This document shows, in pieces, positions 21,501-32,464 of a stretch of DNA of 64,000 nucleotides (the stretch's first letter is position 1; each line of letters opens with the position of its first letter). The notes under the pieces are model-generated. The model did not search any database and was not told the origin of the DNA. It worked only from the letters and a program-made list of their open reading frames with translations. Origin of the DNA: Epithemia pelagica. Lineage: Eukaryota > Protista > Bacillariophyta. A program made the position numbers and the translations under genes. The stretch is from assembly GCA_946965045.2 (NCBI GenBank), contig OX337228.1:248001-312000 (forward strand), given 5' to 3'.

Positions 21501-23700
21501 TCGTCATATTCGTCCACCACGACGTCTAATTGAAGAGTATCAATGTGCTGGGATCAACTATAATGAGTTATCCCTTACACAGTCGGAGATCAACTACTAT
21601 TCCTCCATGGCCGAACTAGGCCACGAAGACTCAGACTTCAGTGAGCAGCCTGAATCCTACGACTCACATGACCACCATGACTCAAGCGACGATGATTCAA
21701 GTAGCTACGAGGAGATCCAAGAGGAATCGAACCTTGACCATCACTCCGACATCAGTGCAGCCTTTCTTCATGCCGACCTTGTGACCGACATTCGCAATGC
21801 GTACCAACAAGTGCCTCTTGACCCCGAATACCAAGCTCCTGAATTCCCTGTTGATTGTGAAGCATCTGGCTTGAGCCCCAACTCATCACCGTTTGCCCGA
21901 GAATGTGCACTCGTCGGTGCAGGATTGGGCGGAGGAATTCAAAACACCCGAGAGCTCCATGTTTTGACATACGAGGAAGCCATCAATGGACCCGAGCGTG
22001 ATCAGTGGCTTGAGTCCATTGAACAAGAATATCAAAGGATGATCGCCAATGGTGTCTTTATCCCCTGTGATCCTGCCGAAGTCCCAGCTGATGCCAAGAT
22101 TCTTACCAATGTGTGGGCCATGAAAAAGAAAGCAAGTGGTGCGTTTCGCGCACGATTAAATGCCCGAGGATACGAACAGGTCGATGGGGAGCACTATGAC
22201 AGTCATGCCACGTTTGCTCCAGTGGCCTCCGAAATGACCATTATGATCATTTTTGTCTTGATCATATTAGCGAATTGGGTAGTCCATGTCATGGACGTCA
22301 AGGGCGCATTTCTGCTTGGCGACTTCGAAAAGGATCGGAAGATGTGGATGACCATTCCGAAAGGAATGGAGTCCAAATATCCTCCTGGTTGGTTGATCTT
22401 CCTTGGCAAGACTCTTTATGGCACAAAGCAAGCCGCTCGTGCCTTTTGGAATAAGGTCCAGGAAGTCATGAAGCTTATCCACTTCTTGCGCAACCGTGCT
22501 GATCCATGCCTCTACTTCGCATGGACTGCATTCGGCCTCGTCATTTGGCTCTCGTGGGTGGATGATTTCTTGGTCTGTGGGTCCGAAGCAGGCGTCCTTC
22601 ACTCCAAAGCAGCTATGAAGGAACACTTCGACTGCGACGATTGTGGTGAATTGACCGAGTATATCGGTTGTAAGGTTGATCTCGACCGCGAACAGCGCAC
22701 GTGTAAGTTCTCGCAGCCCGTCTTGCTGCAGAGCTTTTCCGACGAGTTTGATGTGCCTTCCACAGCGCAGAAGTATGCTACACCTGCAGCTCCTGGTGAA
22801 GTTCTCAAGAAGGACGATGGCACGGATGATTTGAACGCAACACAGCAGTCCATGTATCGGAGCGGCGTCGGTAAATTGTTGCATCTCATGAAATGGTCAC
22901 GTCCCGACATTTTGAACTCGGTCCGCGAACTCTCCAAATTCATGAAACAAGGTACTCAGCATCATCTCAAAGCCATGTATCGGGTGATGCGTTACTGCAT
23001 TGATACTCCATCGTGCAGCAAGATTCTGCGCCCGGTTGGTTGTTGGGACGGTACCAAGGAAGGATTTGAGTTTGTCATTCGAGGCCGAAGTGATTCCGAC
23101 TTTGCCAAAGACCCCGACAAGCGTCACAGTGTCTCAGGAATATCTGTTTTTCTCCAAGACGCGCCAATTTCCGAGTCCAGTCGGATGCAAGATTGCGTTA
23201 CTCTTTCCGTTAGCGAAGCCGAAATTGTCGCTGCTGTGGAAACAGGCCAACGCATGCTTTTCGGTATGCGCGTCCTCGAACAGATGGGACTGACCGTGCA
23301 AAAACCAATGATCTTGCAGATGGATTGCAAAGGTGCCATTGCTCTGACACACTCGTGGAGCGTTGGTGGCCGCACTCGACACATCGATGTGAAATGGCAT
23401 TTTCTTCGTGAGATGAAGGAGGAAGGCATTATTCATACCGTTTGGCTGCACTCACCTGACAATTCTGCTGATCTGTTCACCAAGAACCTGCCTGGTCCAG
23501 ATTTCCGCAAGCATGTCTCTGTCTATTGCTCCAATCTTGATCCTGCTTGTAATGCCGACGACGATCCTGTCACTCCGACCACCAACAATCAAGGCGCTCA
23601 CGTTGAACCGCATCATGGATCCGAAACCGCCATGCTTGTTTACCAAGGTCCTCTTCCATTTTGGCTTAAATGCTTTCTTCACACACGATCATCCAAGTGA
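18568..23700 (+). CDS. gag-pol: Copia gag-pol polyprotein (1710 aa), uninterrupted
   Basis: Two CCHC knuckles (CNFCQEPGHGYYQC, CEDCKVYGHSTQRC); ADTGAT protease; HDKLGH/CAAC; RLDNAGEN and PQQNSLAE integrase; WVDD RT; SDSDFA/SEAE/RHIDVKWHF RNase H. Confidence 0.97.
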   Translation: MDLSSSDKTSTAIKVPTFSGKKADYPIWWMRFRSHARVHNFIGALSDAPEKELPSTEHESIDESTDSGKASKKALNRNAMAVACLSMALQADDDLKLVMKSITSDWPGGRAHIIVKGLFRNYKSENIAAKMRIRQDVNKISMSNTMNPKILRKKISQIENRHNHELADDDLVAIVIEKAAPIYSTIVATEQRAKGSALTADDLIDAMMTQWNLHHDEDDDGEDGTESSLDQSASGGLSLQVTQTNPVCQAVGDPNSVPPQPFVVCNFCQEPGHGYYQCPLRSQASQQGTGTALAVGPGQQQYQQQQGYRPYNGQQQGQWRQPYQQGDRPRPYCEDCKVYGHSTQRCWENPANAQFRPPNWTSRRNRPQQAPSPSPPTSTPAQDIATVVASNTTTRPTTPTTPNGQSTPSSETRVEMLMSGIEFPHDLQLLRDPNIWIADTGATQHMTSHTRGIINLRRPEDPVSLVMANDTTESATVIGDLPGICCNKYGCELRSGQMSGVNILPSAAFNLFSISKMLKQGWSLSGSSEAIIITKGSMSVTFDIVIPTPDGMIFCLYFKRKQELTDHEIFGALPDIGPKKRQTMSLQDAHDKLGHIDIRKIKPIVEHLGFQLQSGEMEKCAACAAGKARRKNLPRSDTHANSEPEDPNINRIYLDMSSVRPIKSHPTPRKNQWRMIVHGRTQLKFSAFYESKKAMVEPTCEFLHRWESNGLGATHVRLDNAGENILLQSRSQSADWKLNLNFEFTARNTPQQNSLAEVAISTIAMRGRAMMHRANVPMEYRSLLWTTAFDTATLLDGLVVIELDGVSKTRYEHWSGQLPRFAHHLRTWGEAGTVKTATDTTQKLEDKGTHCIFVGYCRDHAGDVYRMFNPHTKKLHVTRDVIWLRRMYFLPPENPPHLMITPLLPPNSDCDSTLHLEGADDASNRSKPFIEEIEDDSPNQNIEDTPMVETIDQATDADENVSAITSATPRQHQVTRTGRHIRPPRRLIEEYQCAGINYNELSLTQSEINYYSSMAELGHEDSDFSEQPESYDSHDHHDSSDDDSSSYEEIQEESNLDHHSDISAAFLHADLVTDIRNAYQQVPLDPEYQAPEFPVDCEASGLSPNSSPFARECALVGAGLGGGIQNTRELHVLTYEEAINGPERDQWLESIEQEYQRMIANGVFIPCDPAEVPADAKILTNVWAMKKKASGAFRARLNARGYEQVDGEHYDSHATFAPVASEMTIMIIFVLIILANWVVHVMDVKGAFLLGDFEKDRKMWMTIPKGMESKYPPGWLIFLGKTLYGTKQAARAFWNKVQEVMKLIHFLRNRADPCLYFAWTAFGLVIWLSWVDDFLVCGSEAGVLHSKAAMKEHFDCDDCGELTEYIGCKVDLDREQRTCKFSQPVLLQSFSDEFDVPSTAQKYATPAAPGEVLKKDDGTDDLNATQQSMYRSGVGKLLHLMKWSRPDILNSVRELSKFMKQGTQHHLKAMYRVMRYCIDTPSCSKILRPVGCWDGTKEGFEFVIRGRSDSDFAKDPDKRHSVSGISVFLQDAPISESSRMQDCVTLSVSEAEIVAAVETGQRMLFGMRVLEQMGLTVQKPMILQMDCKGAIALTHSWSVGGRTRHIDVKWHFLREMKEEGIIHTVWLHSPDNSADLFTKNLPGPDFRKHVSVYCSNLDPACNADDDPVTPTTNNQGAHVEPHHGSETAMLVYQGPLPFWLKCFLHTRSSK

Positions 23701-23999
23701 CTCAGCCCCAACAGAAATCCAGTACACCACAGTGAAACGCCCATTGCCGAACACACATCAAAATTCAAGCAAACACCACTATCATCAGTCAGAAATCAAA
23801 ATCAGCAAATCGAATCCAAATCACATCAACATTTATCACTTACACATCATCACGAACATCCGAATCAGGCAGGGCATCACTTTCATCATTCCAAATACAC
23901 TCACACCATGCACACAAGACGATCTTTCAGAGTTTATGACATCAAGGACACTGAAGAATTTGGTTTCTATGGACATTCGAGCGACACAATTAGGCAGGG

Positions 24000-24278
24000 T
24001 GTTGGAATCTTCAATTGAGTCGCTCTTCATGTCGTGGTCCCGAATCAAGTCAGTCGCACAACGAGACATTGGGATGCAAACCGCATGGGAGGCGGTTATA
24101 GTTCATCTAGGTCTTGGACCATCTCGATCTCATCTGGCATAACAACATCCTCATAATCCTAGTCGTAATGCTCACTCTTTCTAAATCACTCAGTTTCGAA
24201 ACCCTTTTGCATTACTTCTACGATTACCTTGCTTCTGTGCACAGAGGAGACCATCAGGGCCAATCTAGTGATCCAACA
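24000..24278 (+). repeat. 3' LTR (279 bp)
   Basis: Identical by eye to 18068-18346; preceded by a weak PPT AGGCAGGG. Confidence 0.97.
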
Positions 24279-24283
24279 GTCGA

Positions 24284-24617
24284 CTCCGACTCCGGCGATT
24301 TGACGACGAAGATGGTTTGGGCGAATGATTAGAGGACGACGATACTTTGGTGCTGCCTTTGCCCGTTCTGGTGGATCGCGATCGGGATCGCGTGGCTCGA
24401 CTCGTCGTGGTGGTACTGCCATTGTTGGTATAGTTCAGTTTGCTTGCCGAGTCCTGGTCCTGTTCTTCCTTTGCTTTTGTCGTTGTCTTTTTGTCTTGGG
24501 GTTGTCATCAAAATCGGCATCGTCGTACAAGGCATTATTTCGATACAAGGCCGACACTGGACCATCACCATCACCGACACCATTGGCCGTCGTTGTTGTC
24601 GTTTCGTTGGTTGTCAT
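24284..24617 (-). pseudogene. Duplicated, frameshifted 5' fragment of the coiled-coil gene (continues at 17980-18067 across the retroelement)
   Basis: MTTNETTTTTANGVGDGDGPVSALYRNNALYDDADFDD matches the N-terminus of 1573-3996, then shifts frame and stops. Confidence 0.85.
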
Positions 24618-24970
24618 GTTAGCCAGAATGATACCTGGAGTTACAGTCACGAACGTGGAGGCTGGATCAGGATGGTCAATCCGAGAAACAAAAAGAACAA
24701 ACCCAGCGAGACAGCAACTGCCAACAACCAAAGAAGACCCAAACAAACTCGAACTACACAAAGAAAGAGAGATGGTATTACCGGTAGCAGAACACCACAA
24801 CGAGACTCTCTCTTCTTCTTCAATCTCTCATGGGGCAAATAAAAAAGGGGTTCTCTGCCGTGATGGAACAGGAGCAAAGTTTTTGGGGGCCATTGTGTCT
24901 ATTTCGGGGTAGGGTAACTTTCTGGTGTGACGTGTCTTCGATTGGACACTAGACTCACGACCTCTTCCGA

Positions 24971-25142
24971 AGAGGGATACAGAGGGGTATTACCCCCATT
25001 AAATGGGGGAGAGGAAACATGACCCTCCGTCGAGCCAGCCAATCGTCCGTGGGCGCGCACAACGGACCGTTTGCTGGTCTGTCCGTTCTTTTACATCCAT
25101 CGAGAGCGTAGATGCAAAAGTTACTCCTAGGTGTATCCCTCT
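24971..25142. mobile_element. MITE-like element, copy 2 (172 bp)
   Basis: Perfect 11-bp terminal inverted repeat AGAGGGATACA / TGTATCCCTCT. TSD not clearly recoverable. Confidence 0.65.
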
Positions 25143-25384
25143 AATTTATTCAGTTTCGCCGCGCCAATTGCAACCATGCCACCAAGTCCTTTGCAGCGAA
25201 CGTGGAGCATCCTCCGGAAAACCCCAAGCTCCAGAAGCTAAGGTGGCTTACAATACTTGTCTTCCACTTGGACGGGTCGCGGGTCATCCAAGCAGGACAT
25301 CACCAACACAAGCCAACCGACCGACCAGCAAGACAGATGCAGAATATTAGAGGTAGGACACAAACAGAACAAAACAAAAGGAAA

Positions 25385-25511
25385 ATGGCTGCTGACCTCA
25401 ATGCCTACCTACAAGACACCCTCTTGATCAAAGAACATGTGGTCAGGTCGGCGCTCAACTCACATGGCCTGGAGTCATTTGCTGACTTGGAAGCGATCTC
25501 AGAGAACGACA
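25385..25511 (+). pseudogene. Truncated gag fragment, copy 2
   Basis: Same 42-codon fragment and same breakpoint as 4693-4819. Confidence 0.75.
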
Positions 25512-25728
25512 GCGTTGTGCGTCTTCCCCTCAAAAAGGAATACTTGAGCCTCCTCAAGTTGATCCTATCGATATTACCAACTATTGTATATCCGTAATAA
25601 GACAAAGAGAATGCTCAGCTTTACTCTCCTTCGTACTCTAGTGTGTTCCAGCGCAACACAAGTGGTCTTCTCACGGGCCGAAACGAGACGTTGGTAAATG
25701 TTGTCCAATAATCGGAATCACACAGAAT

Positions 25729-27749
25729 TCAAGAGTGAGAAATATTCTTTGGCATCAAAATGGCCATTTGCTTGTCGACAATGGCTTGCAACTTCTTATG
25801 CGTGGTTTCCTCTCGATGCTCTTCGAGTGATCCCAAGTCACTCAGAAATAATTCGCCTTTGGAATCTACGAGCACGTGTCGCCAGCGAATGTCGTCATTT
25901 TTATACCGATAGCCTTGTGTGGCAAATCGATACAATTCTTGTTTCACCTTTGTTTTGAATGAATCGCGACGCTTGACCTGCTTTCCATAGGGCATCACCA
26001 AACAAGGGCGTCCGCCCAGATCCACCGCATTGACATCAGGAAATCGATCCTTGTAGAGCTCTCCCCAACGGACAGCCTCCCCGTCTGCCATTTCTCGAAG
26101 TTTCTCAACCGTCCTGTTTTCCTCCTCTTCCCTTGCCGATTCGGTGGATTTTTGGGAAGGCTCAACATGAAAACACTTCAATGCGCAAACCCGGCAACTG
26201 GAATTGCAGCAAGAATCACCGATGCATGGCTTCCAACTCCCAGTTCACCCAAGAGGTAGAATATCTGCGACGAAGGAGGCGGAAATTGCATGCAATCGGC
26301 AGAGAACGGTTTCGTCGTATTCTTAATGCAGGAAGGTGTCTGGACCCAATCGTAGAAGTTCTTGCCAACCTTACAAACAACCCTTTTTCCGAGATACTCA
26401 CCATGGTCAATGTCTGGGATATCGGTAGCAACGTTGGACTGAACTTTTTGGAAAGCCATTTCAATGGCTTGAAGAAGAAAAGGAAAGACATATCCATTCT
26501 CAAATACTTGTGAGTAATAAACAACTGGGTCCACCTGTTTTTCTTTGTAAGCCTCCTTCTTAGTGTCATCGGCGTCTTTCAAGAACTTCGAGGCAGAAAA
26601 GGTCTCGCGAATTGGGCTAAAGGTCTGGTCTTTGCAATTTTCAGGAACTTTCTGCATTCTGGGAGGCGGCTTTTTGTTCGTAGAAAGTGTTGTCTTTACT
26701 TTTTCCAGAATCTCCTTATGCGCACTGTCATTGTCAAAACTCTCCAATGAAGCAAGAACCATCTTGTTGTACGTCATGACTGCCCCAAGGGGTTGCTGGA
26801 TGCCTGTGCTTCTCATTGCCAGCAAGTACGACCAGATCTGACCGGCCGTGTTCTCGGATGTAAAGACCTTATCGTTGTGGTTTCCATCTCGCGCATCCGG
26901 ACTCTTCACTTCAACGGCAAATAGTATCTTTCCCTTGATTCGGAGCACAACAACAATGTCCGGTTTCATCAAAAAAATTGAAATCTCCGTGTTCACACGA
27001 GCCTCAGCCAGGTTTAAACAGCCGAGAGCATCTTCAACCATGCTCACACACAACCGTTGAACCCCGAATTCGTTGGAGTAATCGAAATTATCTCCTTGTC
27101 GATATCGAGATCTTGAGGCTCCCAAGACACTTGGAATCAGTTTATTGTCGGCATTGTCGGTACAGACGGGAATGCGAACGTGAGATGGATGCACATAGTG
27201 TCCATTATGGACCAAAATCTTGGCCTTTGGTATTTTAAGATACCCATCGACACTTTCTCGTTTTTTCTTGTCATAATAATTTATTTTTCGGGAGTTTCCC
27301 GAGACACTGGGTGTCACGTTCTTGTTCAAGGTCAGACCAGGAAGCCTAAAGTTTTTCTTCGTATCAAGGTACGTTTGCTCGATGGACGTTTGACGAAGGT
27401 CTTCGGTTGCTGCCAATTCCTTATCTTTTTCTGCAATTGTCACTTCCAGTTGCAAGTTTCTTTGAATTATTTCATCGTTTCTTTGCATTATTTCATCGTT
27501 TCTTTGCATTATTTCATCGTTTCTTCGAATTATTTGATCCATTTTCATTGTCTCGCGCAATGTATATATCTTCAAACGTAGATTTTCTACTTCGTCAAGG
27601 ACGCCACGAATCTCACTAGTGAGCAACCCCCGTGTCTCTGCCGCGCTCCAAAGCTCTTGATACAGTTTCCGTTTCTTTGCCATCTCCTCCGCCTCGCCGT
27701 CGCTTGGGTAGTCTTTTTGCACGCGCTTTGCCCCATTTGTTTCGCTCAT
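25729..27749 (-). pseudogene. Nuclease-kinase gene copy 2, with a 1-bp deletion separating the kinase C-part
   Basis: GAATTGCAGCAAG at ~26209 versus GAATTGCAGGCAAG in copies 1 and 3. A real lesion or an assembly error. Confidence 0.8.
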
Positions 27750-28697
27750 AATGGTAGTTGTTCTTGTGCGAGTCGGATCGCAAGGCTCAACCTCCAACGT
27801 TTGCTGCTGCGGAGAAGAAGGTTGATGATGTGATAATTCTCTTCTGTACAAACACACGCACACACACACCACACACACATTTAGTGGGGTGGAGGCATCA
27901 GGCCAATGCTTACAAGCTGCCAATCCAATCTGGAGCGCCAATTGGCTAGAAAGGGGATGAGCTGCCGCGCCTACCCGCTAGCTAGGGTACGGTCGACCGA
28001 CTGCCCTGGCTCGGAATAGAAGTTACTCCGTATAACCTTACCAATCCAAAACAAGAACCCGCGCTGCCCCCCCCAAGACCCCCACCACTCCCCCCAAATG
28101 TACTTCGTACTAAATCTGTTTGAAAGAAAGACATGCCGTTTACTCTCATTAGAGTTAGGGGGACCGTTGTAGTCGAACGCCGGCCTGCCTAATTCGAAAC
28201 TCTACAGGCATATCTCTATTGTACACTTTTTTAGACGGATTGGGGACAGCCAATCCTGGATTGGCTGAATCCGGAAAGCCAAATACCCGGATGTGTGACG
28301 TAAAGATGACGTTCTATGATGACGCGTAACGCTCACGGATTGGATTGGCTACGTGTAAGCAATGGCCTCAGTCTCTCCGTATTGTGGATAGTATTGTAGT
28401 TTGTAGAGTGGTGAAGAAAAGAGGGGGAGGGCAGAGGTTTGGGGCAATTGGGGTGAAGAATCGATTTAGCAGCGAAACAGGCCGCCTTCCGTTTCGCGGC
28501 TCCAATGGCAACCATGCACCCGAAAGTCCTTTGCAGCGAACCAGTGAATGTGGAGCATTCTCCGGGTCCCCAAAAGCGCCAAAAGCGCCAGAAGCGTGGC
28601 TTACAATTGTCTTCCACAATGACGGGTGGGTCATCCAAGCAGCAGGACACCACCCACACAAGCCTACCGTTGATCACCGACCAAGACAGGAGTCGAA

Positions 28698-30890
28698 ATG
28701 AGTCCCAAAAAGTACGAGAATGAAGACCAGATGGTTCTTGAATATTTGAAGAAAAAAGGAATGCACAATGCTGTGGCCCAAGTCATGAATACTATAGCGG
28801 CGGAATCCAATGAATCATCTCAGAAGGTAGATGAGAAGGAATCGCATAGTCCGGGCGAAACGAACGCCCGAGAGCGATTTCTCCAAGAGGATGACGACAA
28901 GGCTCGAGCTGAATGGGGTATACCGGATACGGAGAACCTGCAGCGACGTTTCCACTCGCTTCCACCACCTACGGAGCCGCAGCAATGGATTGGTCGATCT
29001 TCGGCCGAACGAGTCGTCAGTGAAGTTGTGTTGCAAAATTTCCATCAACGATTATCGACGAATCATGCCGATTTCACATTCCTGGTCGCCTCGGGGCATG
29101 TCCGGAGTGGGAAGACTCGCACCGGAATGGAAACACCCCGAATCGTCCAGAATTTTTGCGAGGCAGAGCTCACTCGCAAAAATGTAAACACTGCAAAGCC
29201 AGTCTACCTCCGAATTGATTTCCTCAATGGTGCTCGATTTAACAGGCAGTTTGACTCCCCTTCTCGGTCCATCAGCGAGGCACTCGGGGCTCGTCTCATT
29301 TCGGCCTTTTATGAAACAAACGCGTTGCAGAACGGTGTGACTCACGATGTTGCGCTCCAGCACGTTGTCACGCACATTAGAAATACACACCCAGATCATA
29401 ATTTGATTGTCCCGATTGTGATCCACTTTGATGAGCATGGGGCTTTTATTGACGACATGAACAAGGTTGTCTCGAATCGCGGTCAACCTGGAAAGGACTA
29501 TTTTCTTGGTATGCTCCAGTTGATTGGATCTGCCGCAACAACAAATGAAGGATATCTCTCTGCCTATCACAAAATGGGTGCCTATTTTCTTGTTCCGATT
29601 ACGACAGGAACCTCTCATTCGGCTGCAAATTTTGATAGAGCGAGCCGCTACAAGATTTGGCCAGTCCCCCTACCTGTATTGACATTTGACGAATCCCTGT
29701 TGTTGGCAGAATCTTGTTTAGAAGTGACGGGCCTGGAGCCTGACGAGATTTGTACCACGTTGAACGACGCCATGTTCCGAATCGCGTTGGGTGACACGGG
29801 TGGGCTTCCGGGCCTCGTTTTCTTCTTATCGACTAGGAAGCTACGAGACCTATCATACGTGGAGCACCTACACAATCGAACCAAGTCTTACATTGCCGGA
29901 AATTGGAATCATCGGTGGGCAGCTATAACCTCAGTCTGCTTGGCACGACCGCGCGTGACAAATACAACGGTCCTCATGACAGAATACAAGCACCCAACTT
30001 TAGCAAGCGTCTTGTACGGCACGAGAGATGATTTTCTAAAAGTGCATCCAAGTTTAAATCCTGACATGGCTGCGATTGCCTACACTGTTCAAGACGCTTT
30101 GGATGGAGGGACAGTATTTTGGCAAGCGGATGGAGAAATCGGCCTAGCACCAGCTCTTCTTTCCAAATTCAATGGCGGAGAAGGAATGTTCAACCCAATC
30201 CTCACTCGACAAATATCGTCGTCACAAGAATGGACATGGCAATATTTTGAGTCGGCCCATTTGCTCTACCTTGCCGCGATCATGGCCGCTCTTGTGAAGG
30301 AAAGGAGACGTTTCAGCAACATTACACTTGGAACGCTTCTTCGAAGTTCGAGTCCCCGTGAGTCCAGTATCCTCTCTGAAGCGTTGCAGCTACCAGATAA
30401 TTTTAATGGCGGCAATGTCACAAAGGACGGAACGCAATGCATCCCAAGAAGCAATGCAAAGAAAGGAAGCCAAATGAAGGTTTCTCTCGACGATTTTGAA
30501 ACTGTACATCTGGCCATGGAAGGGACACCAATTGTCGACGGCTACCTTAATTTACGTCTTGGGGCAGCGTTATCATCGGACATTGCCACCAAGACATTGT
30601 TTATTCAATACAAGCACAACGGACTTGAGAGTCAATCATCCGCCGTACATATTTCACATATGAATCGCGAAGTCAACAAGCTGGCGGTCCGTCTGAATAA
30701 ACATGGATGGCCGCAGGGCCGAGGGTGGATCTTTCTGTGGGTCACAAACCGGAATGTTGTACAAGACTGTGTTCCAGATCAACGTCTTCTTTGGGTGGAC
30801 AAGACCTCGCTCTCGAAACATGCCCCTTTGCTAGGAACTCGAGGCTTGGTGCCCTTGCAACAGCTACGGGACGTGGATCACAAGGAATGA
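28698..30890 (+). CDS. P-loop NTPase + C-terminal PD-(D/E)xK-like nuclease, copy 2 (730 aa, intact)
   Basis: Walker A GHVRSGKT after a hydrophobic strand (FTFLVAS); Walker B IVIHFDEHG; C-terminal PIVDGYL...LFIQYK followed by WIFLWVTNR. Confidence 0.8.
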   Translation: MSPKKYENEDQMVLEYLKKKGMHNAVAQVMNTIAAESNESSQKVDEKESHSPGETNARERFLQEDDDKARAEWGIPDTENLQRRFHSLPPPTEPQQWIGRSSAERVVSEVVLQNFHQRLSTNHADFTFLVASGHVRSGKTRTGMETPRIVQNFCEAELTRKNVNTAKPVYLRIDFLNGARFNRQFDSPSRSISEALGARLISAFYETNALQNGVTHDVALQHVVTHIRNTHPDHNLIVPIVIHFDEHGAFIDDMNKVVSNRGQPGKDYFLGMLQLIGSAATTNEGYLSAYHKMGAYFLVPITTGTSHSAANFDRASRYKIWPVPLPVLTFDESLLLAESCLEVTGLEPDEICTTLNDAMFRIALGDTGGLPGLVFFLSTRKLRDLSYVEHLHNRTKSYIAGNWNHRWAAITSVCLARPRVTNTTVLMTEYKHPTLASVLYGTRDDFLKVHPSLNPDMAAIAYTVQDALDGGTVFWQADGEIGLAPALLSKFNGGEGMFNPILTRQISSSQEWTWQYFESAHLLYLAAIMAALVKERRRFSNITLGTLLRSSSPRESSILSEALQLPDNFNGGNVTKDGTQCIPRSNAKKGSQMKVSLDDFETVHLAMEGTPIVDGYLNLRLGAALSSDIATKTLFIQYKHNGLESQSSAVHISHMNREVNKLAVRLNKHGWPQGRGWIFLWVTNRNVVQDCVPDQRLLWVDKTSLSKHAPLLGTRGLVPLQQLRDVDHKE

Positions 30891-30931
30891 AATCAATCGC
30901 TTGGAGATTAAATCTATCTGGTTTGCTCCCC

Positions 30932-31353
30932 ACTGAGATTGTCCTTGTTGTCTTTCAAGTGCCCCAAGTGTCGTTGCGACAATTGTTTTATGGATCCAGC
31001 TTCCCGACGAGACGGTCGACTCCGACTCCGGCGATTTGACGACGAAGATGGTTTGGGCGAATGATTAGAGGACGACGATACTTTGGTGCTGCCTTTGCCC
31101 GTTCTGGTGGATCGCGATCGGGATCGCGTGGCTCGACTCGTCGTGGTGGTACTGCCATTGTTGGTATAGTTCAGTTTGCTTGCCGAGTCCTGGTCCTGTT
31201 CTTCCTTTGCTTTTGTCGTTGTCTTTTTGTCTTGGGGTTGTCATCAAAATCGGCATCGTCGTACAAGGCATTATTTCGATACAAGGCCGACACTGGACCA
31301 TCACCATCACCGACACCATTGGCCGTCGTTGTTGTCGTTTCGTTGGTTGTCAT
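30932..31353 (-). pseudogene. Duplicated, frameshifted 5' fragment of the coiled-coil gene, unit 3
   Basis: Same as the unit 2 fragment, without the retroelement. Confidence 0.85.
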
Positions 31354-31706
31354 GTTAGCCAGAATGATACCTGGAGTTACAGTCACGAACGTGGAGGCTG
31401 GATCAGGATGGTCAATCCGAGAAACAAAAAGAACAAACCCAGCGAGACAGCAACTGCCAACAACCAAAGAAGACCCAAACAAACTCGAACTACACAAAGA
31501 AAGAGAGATGGTATTACCGGTAGCAGAACACCACAACGAGACTCTCTCTTCTTCTTCAATCTCTCATGGGGCAAATAAAAAAGGGGTTCTCTGCCGTGAT
31601 GGAACAGGAGCAAAGTTTTTGGGGGCCATTGTGTCTATTTCGGGGTAGGGTAACTTTCTGGTGTGACGTGTCTTCGATTGGACACTAGACTCACGACCTC
31701 TTCCGA

Positions 31707-31878
31707 AGAGGGATACAGAGGGGTATTACCCCCATTAAATGGGGGAGAGGAAACATGACCCTCCGTCGAGCCAGCCAATCGTCCGTGGGCGCGCACAACG
31801 GACCGTTTGCTGGTCTGTCCGTTCTTTTACATCCATCGAGAGCGTAGATGCAAAAGTTACTCCTAGGTGTATCCCTCT
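31707..31878. mobile_element. MITE-like element, copy 3
   Basis: Same 11-bp TIRs; identical by eye to 24971-25142. Confidence 0.65.
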
Positions 31879-32120
31879 AATTTATTCAGTTTCGCCGCGC
31901 CAATTGCAACCATGCCACCAAGTCCTTTGCAGCGAACGTGGAGCATCCTCCGGAAAACCCCAAGCTCCAGAAGCTAAGGTGGCTTACAATACTTGTCTTC
32001 CACTTGGACGGGTCGCGGGTCATCCAAGCAGGACATCACCAACACAAGCCAACCGACCGACCAGCAAGACAGATGCAGAATATTAGAGGTAGGACACAAA
32101 CAGAACAAAACAAAAGGAAA

Positions 32121-32247
32121 ATGGCTGCTGACCTCAATGCCTACCTACAAGACACCCTCTTGATCAAAGAACATGTGGTCAGGTCGGCGCTCAACTCACA
32201 TGGCCTGGAGTCATTTGCTGACTTGGAAGCGATCTCAGAGAACGACA
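32121..32247 (+). pseudogene. Truncated gag fragment, copy 3
   Basis: Same fragment and breakpoint as copies 1 and 2. Confidence 0.75.
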
Positions 32248-32464
32248 GCGTTGTGCGTCTTCCCCTCAAAAAGGAATACTTGAGCCTCCTCAAGTTGATC
32301 CTATCGATATTACCAACTATTGTATATCCGTAATAAGACAAAGAGAATGCTCAGCTTTACTCTCCTTCGTACTCTAGTGTGTTCCAGCGCAACACAAGTG
32401 GTCTTCTCACGGGCCGAAACGAGACGTTGGTAAATGTTGTCCAATAATCGGAATCACACAGAAT

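Larger units (their letters stand above)
18068..24278 (+). mobile_element. Intact Ty1/copia LTR retrotransposon with a single gag-pol ORF
   Basis: 279-bp LTRs, identical by eye; TSD GTCGA at 18063-18067 and 24279-24283. The empty site is visible at ~31015-31019. Confidence 0.98.
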
